Assembly (NCBI GenBank): GCA_047602425.1
Contig: JASGHG010000001.1
Coordinates: forward strand, 512,001-576,000
Direction: 5' to 3'
Origin: Nibricoccus sp.
Lineage (GTDB): Bacteria > Verrucomicrobiota > Verrucomicrobiia > Opitutales > Opitutaceae
DNA length: 64,000 nucleotides
Part shown: positions 57,753 to 64,000 of the stretch, in pieces
Position numbering within the stretch: the first letter of the stretch is position 1
How the letters are laid out: each line of letters starts with the position of its first letter
The notes under the pieces: generated by a model
The model's input: the letters and a program-made list of their open reading frames with translations, nothing else
Told to the model about the DNA's origin: nothing
The model's database searches: none
Position numbers and translations under genes: made by a program

Positions 57753-60497
57753 TCAAGTTTGGGCCAGGACTTCCGCCACGGCGGAACTCAGGCTGGCGGT
57801 GGTAAGCGGTTTTTCGAGGATTCTATTGATGGAGAACTCCATCGCTTTGGCTCGGTCTTGATCTGAAAGATAACCGGTTAAAAGAATCACACGGAGGGCC
57901 GGCCGAATTTTCCGCAACTGCGCAATGAGTTCGAAGGCATTGAACCCCGGCATGGAAAAGTCCGTGATCAACAAGTCGCACTCCCCGCCTGACCGAAAAT
58001 TTTCGATCACGACCTGCGGATGCCCGAAGGTCGTGACCCGATAGCCGAGGGGGCCGAGCAGCCGCGCGCCCATACGCGTGAGCGATTCCTCGTCGTCCAC
58101 AAACACAATACACTGGCCTTGCCCACGTGGCAGCGGATCCCGGGTGCCTGCGATTTCCTTTCGCGTCGTCGCGTTCTCGACGACGGGAAAATACAAATGG
58201 AACACCGTGCCCTTGCCCGGCGAACTGTAAACCGTGACCGCCGCCTGATGGCTGCGCACAATGCCATGCACGACGGAGAGCCCCAAGCCGGTTCCCTGCC
58301 CTGGAGGTTTGGTGGTATAAAACGGTTCGAATATCCGGCTCACGACCTCCTGCGGCATACCGCAACCGTCGTCCCGCACCGCGAGATGCAGGTGCGGTCC
58401 CGGATGCAGCCCGGGATGCAATGACACCACCTCAGGACCCAGGTCGACTGCCTCCTCCACAATCTCGATCACGCCGTTGCGCACGCCAATTGCCTGCGAG
58501 GCGTTGGTACAAAGATTCAGCATCACCTGATAAAGCTGCGTGGGATCCGCCATGATATGCGGCGACGCCTTGACCGTGTGCCGTAGCGTGATCGTCACCG
58601 GAATCGTTGCGCGCAAAAATTTGATTAATTCCTCCAAGATCGGCGTCACGCACAGCGCCTCGCGCTGCGGTTTCGCGTGTCGCGAGAATGTAAGAATCTG
58701 GCGTACCAAATGGGCGGCTCGATTGGTTGCGGTGCGGATATCGTCCATGAGTCCCCGCGCCGGATGGTCTTCAGGCATGTCCGTAATCACCATCTCGGCA
58801 TTGCCGAGTATGGCGGACAGGATGTTGTTGAAATCGTGGGCAATGCCGCTGGCGAGGGTTCCGATCGCATCCATTTTCTGACTTAGGCGAACCTGCTCCT
58901 CCAGCCGTGACTCCTGGGTGATATCCTGGGCGATCAGCAAATAACGCGTGGGTTCTTCCGGAGCCGGTTGAATCGGCGTCACGACGAGTTGAAGAATTGT
59001 CGGAGCTCCTTGGTTGCGAGGGATGGCAATTCGTTCCTGCCAGCTTCGCTTTTCGGCGGTCGCACGGACCACCGCAGAAAAAGGCTGCGGATTGCCGCGG
59101 GCGTCCCGCCAAAGCACCGTGGTGTTGGGTAACTGCCCTGGTTCGGCTGGTGGCAGCACCCGTGACAGCGCCGCGTTGGCGTAAAACGCGGTACCGTCGT
59201 CGTTGAGCAGGGCGATCTGCTCGGTCGCCTGCTCGATGGCGGTCATGAGCAGTTGGAGGCGTTCGTTGCTGCGTCGCAGCGCGACTTCAGCCCTCTGACG
59301 ACGAAGATTAGTCGCGACCAAAAACACGACGGCAGCGGTAAGAACAACGATCACCCCAAGCGTCGCGAAAATACGCCCGCGATAGTGTTCATAGAAACCC
59401 TGCGGTTGGTTGAAAACTTCCGAGCCCGTTGGCAGCAAATTTAAGTCGATGCCGTGCCGAACCAATTGACCATAGTTAAAAGCCATTCGTGTCGGGCTCT
59501 TCGTGAGCACTGGGATTTGAGAGGCTTTCTCGCCGCGCAGAATCCGGCTGGCCATTTCGCCCGCCGCCTCGCCGTGACGGATGCTTGAAAGCATCGACCC
59601 TCCCAGCCCAAACCATAAGGCGTTCTCCAAATCCATGCCATAGGCGACAGGCAACGCGGGTTGCGAAAACAAAAAAATCGGCACCGCACTGCGCCTGGCC
59701 ACTTCATGGATAAAAGCCGCATCCTCGGAAACGATGCGTCCCTTCGAATCGCGGGCGTTGCCAATCACCAGCGCGGCGTCATCGGGTGGGAGCGCCGCCA
59801 TCCGTCCCGGAAGATCTTCGACGGTCCAGTCGGGCAAAACTCGAAAGTCGAACTCCTCTTTATAGTTCGCCGCCACTCGATTGAAGGCGGCCACTGTTTC
59901 CGATACTCCCGAGGCCGTATCGCATATCAAATGGATCGTGTGTGACTGCGACCTCAGCTTCCGGATCAGTTCTAGGTTTCCGCTGAAATCGAATGCTTCG
60001 GCTACACCCGTCACTTGTGGCTGTCCCGCGAGCATTTCCGGACGAAAATTGTTCACCCCCGCGAAAACGATCGGCGTATCGGGCGAAAGACGTTGGCGGT
60101 GCGCGAACGCAAATTGGAGCGCAAAATCATCGAGCGTCACAATCAGGTCGAACCGCACGCCGTTATACTTGCGAAGCAGAAACTCGAACAACAGTTCCGA
60201 ATGTGCCGCCGAAGTGTCTCTTTTGCCGTCGAGAAACTCCACGTTTGGTATCATCGCCGGAAATTCGCGCATGAGCACGCGTTGCAGGCCGTGCAATTCG
60301 CCGTCGCTCCAGCTATAACCGGCATGGTACGAATTGAGCACCAGCACTCGCGGCAAAACCGGCGTCGCGCCCGCCTCCGCGCTTCGAGCTTCACTCGCCG
60401 CCACGATTGTCATCGTCGCGACAGCAAAACTCATCACCGCTCTCACCAAAAAGCGGGGCAACAATTGCTTCCAGAATAAGTTTCTTGGAGATGCCAA
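57753..60497 (-). CDS. Hybrid sensor histidine kinase (ABC substrate-binding-like sensor, PAS-like, HisKA, HATPase, receiver)
   Basis: VLVLNSYH..YSW; GIAHDFNNIL; NLCTNA; DDGCGM; GTGLGL; FVDDE, LITDFSMPG. Confidence 0.93.
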   Translation of the reverse strand: MASPRNLFWKQLLPRFLVRAVMSFAVATMTIVAASEARSAEAGATPVLPRVLVLNSYHAGYSWSDGELHGLQRVLMREFPAMIPNVEFLDGKRDTSAAHSELLFEFLLRKYNGVRFDLIVTLDDFALQFAFAHRQRLSPDTPIVFAGVNNFRPEMLAGQPQVTGVAEAFDFSGNLELIRKLRSQSHTIHLICDTASGVSETVAAFNRVAANYKEEFDFRVLPDWTVEDLPGRMAALPPDDAALVIGNARDSKGRIVSEDAAFIHEVARRSAVPIFLFSQPALPVAYGMDLENALWFGLGGSMLSSIRHGEAAGEMASRILRGEKASQIPVLTKSPTRMAFNYGQLVRHGIDLNLLPTGSEVFNQPQGFYEHYRGRIFATLGVIVVLTAAVVFLVATNLRRQRAEVALRRSNERLQLLMTAIEQATEQIALLNDDGTAFYANAALSRVLPPAEPGQLPNTTVLWRDARGNPQPFSAVVRATAEKRSWQERIAIPRNQGAPTILQLVVTPIQPAPEEPTRYLLIAQDITQESRLEEQVRLSQKMDAIGTLASGIAHDFNNILSAILGNAEMVITDMPEDHPARGLMDDIRTATNRAAHLVRQILTFSRHAKPQREALCVTPILEELIKFLRATIPVTITLRHTVKASPHIMADPTQLYQVMLNLCTNASQAIGVRNGVIEIVEEAVDLGPEVVSLHPGLHPGPHLHLAVRDDGCGMPQEVVSRIFEPFYTTKPPGQGTGLGLSVVHGIVRSHQAAVTVYSSPGKGTVFHLYFPVVENATTRKEIAGTRDPLPRGQGQCIVFVDDEESLTRMGARLLGPLGYRVTTFGHPQVVIENFRSGGECDLLITDFSMPGFNAFELIAQLRKIRPALRVILLTGYLSDQDRAKAMEFSINRILEKPLTTASLSSAVAEVLAQT

Positions 60498-60622
60498 GCG
60501 GTTACAATGGGGGTAAACGCACGCCGCAACATGGTGACAAAGTTCACGCGCGCAACCCGTTTGCGTTGAACTTTTCCGCCAAAATCGCCTCCCGCCCGAA
60601 CCAATCTACTCCTGAGCCGCGT

Positions 60623-61090
60623 TTACTCGCGAAAATCCGTGTTATAAGTCTCCACCGCTTCGTCTTTGTCGTTAAGCAGTGTCACAAAAATGCGGAAATT
60701 ATGCGGCGGCAACACCGGCGGCGGCGAAATCAGCGACTGGCCGTCGCTCGAAGCGTTGAGGATGCGACGCTCGTCGCCTTTCTTGTTTTTCGGACTCCAG
60801 CGAACCGCGGCGCGGGTCACATCGGGCGCCTTCGGCATTTTCTTGGTGTCGTAGAAAGCGATCTTGAAGCAATTATTCTCAATCGTAACGGAAAGGAAAC
60901 TGCCGTCCGCGCGATTGATCACGGTTCCTGGAACCACCGGCTCGGCTTCTTCAGGTTTGGCGGTTTCTTCTTGTTGCGCTGGCGCGGGACCAGCTTTGCG
61001 CTTGGCGGGTGCTTGGGCCAGCAAAGGAGCCACAAGGCCAAACGAAGCGACCAATAACAACGACTTCGCGAAAGCAGCGTTGATCTTCAT
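60623..61090 (-). CDS. Hypothetical secreted protein
   Basis: Signal peptide (..APLLA-Q); host-like codon usage. Confidence 0.7.
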   Translation of the reverse strand: MKINAAFAKSLLLVASFGLVAPLLAQAPAKRKAGPAPAQQEETAKPEEAEPVVPGTVINRADGSFLSVTIENNCFKIAFYDTKKMPKAPDVTRAAVRWSPKNKKGDERRILNASSDGQSLISPPPVLPPHNFRIFVTLLNDKDEAVETYNTDFRE

Positions 61091-61250
61091 ATGCCAACTG
61101 CTTACGCGACCCGGGAATCATCGCAAGCCTCATTCCGTAAAGGCGCGGTAAAAGCCCGCGACTCTCCACGCAAAGCTGCCCTCAACCCGGCTGTCACGGC
61201 TCGCGCACTTCCACGTCGCATTTCCGCTTTTTTCCATTTTTAACACGCCC

Positions 61251-62348
61251 ATGCAATTGACCAAACATTGGGCCGCCGTTCTCAACGATTACGTGATCGA
61301 CCTCGCGTGGTCGCCCGACGGCACACAACTCGCCGCCGCCTCCGCCGCCGGACCTGTATCCATTTTCAAGGGACAAGATGGCGCCAAACTTCACGAACTC
61401 CCTGGCCACGACGATGGCACGAACTGCCTCGCCTGGCGGCCAGAAGCCGGAAGTCAGAAGCCAGAGGCCAGAAATCAGAAAACAGAACAGACGCCTCCGA
61501 ATAGCGACCTAGCCGCTGGCCTCCGGCCTCTGACTTCTGGTTCCACCCTCGCCACCGGCGGGCAGGATGGAAAAGTTAAACTCTGGGACCCCACCGCCGG
61601 CCAGCACACCGCCACTGCCGAACTCGGCAATGCCTGGATCGAGCATCTTGCCTGGCGGCCCGACGGCGCAACGCTCGCCGCCGCCGCTGGACGGGAACTC
61701 TTTTTCCTTAACGCCGATGCTTCGCTTCGTCATCGCTTCAAGCCCGCGCCCAAAACACTGTCTGCCATTGCCTGGCAGCCCAAGGGCGGTTGCCTCGCCG
61801 CGGCGTATTTCGGCGGCGTTTGCCTGTGGGATGCCGACGATTTCATCGCTCAAAAAGAATACGCCTATGGCAACGGCATCCACGCCCTCGTCTGGTCACC
61901 CGATAGCAAATGGTTGGTCTCCGGCAATCAGGACCCGAGCGTGCACCTCTGGGTGCCCGAGACCGATCTCGAACTCAACATGAGCGGATACGAAGGCAAG
62001 GTGAAGGAACTTTCCTACGACCGAACCAGTCGCTGGCTTGCCACGGGCGGCGGCAAGGACGCTTGCATTTGGGACTGCTCGGGCGACGGCCCCGAGGGAC
62101 GCGAGCCGCTGATGTTTCCGCACGATGCCAAAGTCTGTGCGGTCGCTTTCCAGCGCTCGCATGGCTTGCTTGCCAGCGCTTCGCAGGACGGCACGCTCAT
62201 GCTCTGGAGTCCGGACCGCAAACAGCCGCTGATGGCCACCGTGCGCATGCCCACGCCTGCCACAAAACTCAGTTGGTCACCCAATGACGAACTTCTCGCC
62301 ATCGGCAGTGAAAAAGGCGCCGTCTACGTGCTGCGGTGCGAAAACTAA
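61251..62348 (+). CDS. WD40-repeat protein
   Basis: LAWSPDG, LATGGQDGKVKLWD, WSPDSKWLVSG, LASASQDG. Confidence 0.9.
   Translation: MQLTKHWAAVLNDYVIDLAWSPDGTQLAAASAAGPVSIFKGQDGAKLHELPGHDDGTNCLAWRPEAGSQKPEARNQKTEQTPPNSDLAAGLRPLTSGSTLATGGQDGKVKLWDPTAGQHTATAELGNAWIEHLAWRPDGATLAAAAGRELFFLNADASLRHRFKPAPKTLSAIAWQPKGGCLAAAYFGGVCLWDADDFIAQKEYAYGNGIHALVWSPDSKWLVSGNQDPSVHLWVPETDLELNMSGYEGKVKELSYDRTSRWLATGGGKDACIWDCSGDGPEGREPLMFPHDAKVCAVAFQRSHGLLASASQDGTLMLWSPDRKQPLMATVRMPTPATKLSWSPNDELLAIGSEKGAVYVLRCEN
61441..61539. repeat. Inverted pair of heptamer arrays in-frame inside the WD40 gene
   Basis: 7 x CAGAAGC-like units at 61441-61489 and 4 reverse-complement units at 61512-61539. Confidence 0.8.
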
Positions 62349-62366
62349 ATTTTCTTCGACCGCAAG

Positions 62367-62954
62367 TTACGGCGTCTTCGGTGCCGATGGCTCGGACGCT
62401 GGCGCCGATGGCTGTGTTGTTGGCGCCTGTCCGCTGGTTGGAGAACCAGGAGATTTCTCGCCCGCAGGCGGCGGAGGAGGTTTTTCTCCAGCCGGTGGTG
62501 GCGGCGGCGGACGATCTCCGCGCGCCATGGCGGCCGCACGTTCCGCTTCCTTCTTTTTGAAACGTTCCTGCCGCTCAATGATCAATTGTTGATATTTCGG
62601 TTTCTGCTCTTCGGTGAGCAGGGCCATCACCTGCGCATCGAGCTTTTCCGTGATGTTGCCCATCTCGTGAAACGACTGTTCGCGCAATTGGCGAAACTCA
62701 GCCTGGGCTGTCTGAATAAAAGGATCGAGCTGTGCTTTCTGTTCGGGAGTGATGCCAACCTTTTCGATAAAAAGTTTTTGGAAACGCGCTGACCATTCCT
62801 CAACCGGCCGACGGGGCTGATTTTGCACCTGAGTCGTTGGCTCGGTTTTTCTATTTCCTTTCTCGCAGGCCATGCGCAGGCCGGTGAAATGTCCGGCCAC
62901 GCCTCCCGCCAGGAAGATGCAAAGGAAAATGAGGATGGCCTTTCCGTTAAACAT
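62367..62954 (-). CDS. Periplasmic Spy/CpxP-like protein with Pro-rich tail
   Basis: IFLAGGVAG, ITPEQ and LTEEQ (LTxxQ) motifs. Confidence 0.75.
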   Translation of the reverse strand: MFNGKAILIFLCIFLAGGVAGHFTGLRMACEKGNRKTEPTTQVQNQPRRPVEEWSARFQKLFIEKVGITPEQKAQLDPFIQTAQAEFRQLREQSFHEMGNITEKLDAQVMALLTEEQKPKYQQLIIERQERFKKKEAERAAAMARGDRPPPPPPAGEKPPPPPAGEKSPGSPTSGQAPTTQPSAPASEPSAPKTP

Positions 62955-62955
62955 G

Positions 62956-63258
62956 TCAGGAAAGGGTCAGGTATTCCGCGACAGGATCGACGTCAGAATC
63001 GTGTTCGACGTCGACCACGCTTGTCACTGTGGAGTAATTCGCCGCGATACTCACAGCCATCAACATCAGGGCCAGCGTGAGCGCTCGCCAGGAAAAGTGA
63101 TTGAGCGCGGACTGCAGCGAGGGCCGTTCGACCGCTGCCATTGCGAGGGAGGCGACCCGGACTGAAAATCCATAAGGCGCTGCATCATCGGTCCTTAAGT
63201 CAGGCGCCTGACGGGCAGCAGCGACGAGGCGCTGCCAGGGGGTGGTGGATTTTTTCAT
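62956..63258 (-). CDS. Putative anti-sigma factor (single TM)
   Basis: W..L..AAR, APYGF..RV, one TM segment; 4-bp overlap with the sigma gene. Confidence 0.7.
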   Translation of the reverse strand: MKKSTTPWQRLVAAARQAPDLRTDDAAPYGFSVRVASLAMAAVERPSLQSALNHFSWRALTLALMLMAVSIAANYSTVTSVVDVEHDSDVDPVAEYLTLS

Positions 63259-63851
63259 GAGCGTTCCTTTCGTTTTAACTGTTCAAAAAGTTTTTGCAAT
63301 TTCCGCCGCGCACGAAATGCACGGACTTTGATGAGGGTGGTGCTCCACCCGGTGTGTTCACTGATTTCGATCAGCGTTTTCTGTTCCAGATCGAGCATGC
63401 GAATGACGAGTTGGTCATCCGGTTTGAGTTGTTCGAGAAGTTTGTCGACGAGTTCGCGCGCTGCGAGCGCATCGCCCGCACTGACGTCGTTTTCGCTCGT
63501 GAGGACGGCATCGAGCACGTCGGCTTCATTCTCCGAGAGATCGGCCCAGCGAAATTCCGGCCGCCGTTTTTGAGCGCGCAGGTGATCGATGCAGGTCGTC
63601 ACCGCGATGCGCGACACCCAGTGCGGAAAAGGCACGGCTCCTTGAAACTGGCCAAGACGGGTGAAGACTTTCATAAACACCTCCTGGGCGAGATCTTCCT
63701 CGGCCACTCGGCGAGGCAAATGGGCGCGTACGATGCGAATGACCAGCGGATGGAGATGTTCGACGAGTTGGCGCGCAGCCGCCTGATCGTTGGCCCGAAC
63801 ACGTTCGAGGCAAGCGACCAGATCGAACGCTGTATCAACGTCGTCGGACAT
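63255..63851 (-). CDS. ECF RNA polymerase sigma factor
   Basis: EDLAQEVF.K.F..L.QF, W..RIA...CIDHLR, EIS...GWS...IKVRAFRAR.KL. Confidence 0.93.
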   Translation of the reverse strand: MSDDVDTAFDLVACLERVRANDQAAARQLVEHLHPLVIRIVRAHLPRRVAEEDLAQEVFMKVFTRLGQFQGAVPFPHWVSRIAVTTCIDHLRAQKRRPEFRWADLSENEADVLDAVLTSENDVSAGDALAARELVDKLLEQLKPDDQLVIRMLDLEQKTLIEISEHTGWSTTLIKVRAFRARRKLQKLFEQLKRKERS

Positions 63852-63886
63852 GGAACGATGGAAGCTTTGTCATGCACAAAGATCAA

Positions 63887-63911
63887 GACGGCTATAGCCC
63901 CGGCAAGTTAC
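63887..63911 (-). promoter_or_regulatory. ECF-type promoter (GTAAC-N16-CGTC)
   Basis: Minus strand GTAAC TTGCCGGGGCTATAGC CGTC, about 35 bp before the sigma ATG. Confidence 0.7.
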
Positions 63912-64000
63912 CCACCAAACCCCTTCTTGACTCCTCCCCTCATGTGCCGATATCAGCCCTATCTACATGCGAAACTTCGCTCAGGCGCTTCGACTTACCT

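Noticed and set aside
61130..61210. c-di-GMP-I riboswitch suggested by ACGCAAAGC
   Set aside because: No GNRA-capped stem or matching second stem around the motif.
63968..64000. Possible start of a plus-strand CDS (MRNFAQALRLT...)
   Set aside because: Only 11 codons before the window edge; cannot be supported.
1..64000. tRNA, rRNA, transposase, integrase or prophage genes
   Set aside because: None recognised by eye or in the ORF track; a short RNA gene could have been missed without a covariance search.

Overview
GC-rich bacterial chromosomal window; gene content and repeat style suggest a Verrucomicrobium such as an Opitutaceae member (inference). In order: 3' part of clpP; a mannosylfructose-phosphate synthase-like gene and a phosphatase-glycoside hydrolase fusion behind a strongly structured leader; folE2; iorAB-type molybdoenzyme; MBL hydrolase; pyk; a ~28 kb, mostly minus-strand, lower-GC surface polysaccharide locus (PglF/CapD-like, WecA/WbpL-like, GT4/GT2/GT11, two AsnB-like amidotransferases, four methyltransferases, Wzy, frameshifted Wzx, epimerases) headed by a GbsR/MarR regulator with a tandem palindromic operator; a VIT-vWA PEP-CTERM protein + exosortase + EpsI-like module with a CreB-tag-like 11-bp repeat upstream; AAA ATPase and yjbQ; ftsY-nusB-ribH, separated from a RibBX-type ribB by a block with two poly-Ser-linked pectate lyases that share a near-identical uncharacterised N-terminal domain; a hybrid histidine kinase; a WD40 protein; an ECF sigma/anti-sigma/Spy-like trio with a visible ECF-type promoter. 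No rRNA, tRNA, CRISPR-cas, transposase or integrase was recognised. The most unusual signal is non-coding: ~125-bp inverted-pair elements built from 9/10-bp periodic arms, heptamer arrays and GTAG-type REPs sitting in-frame inside genes, and an 8x21-bp array with a conserved core and variable spacers.
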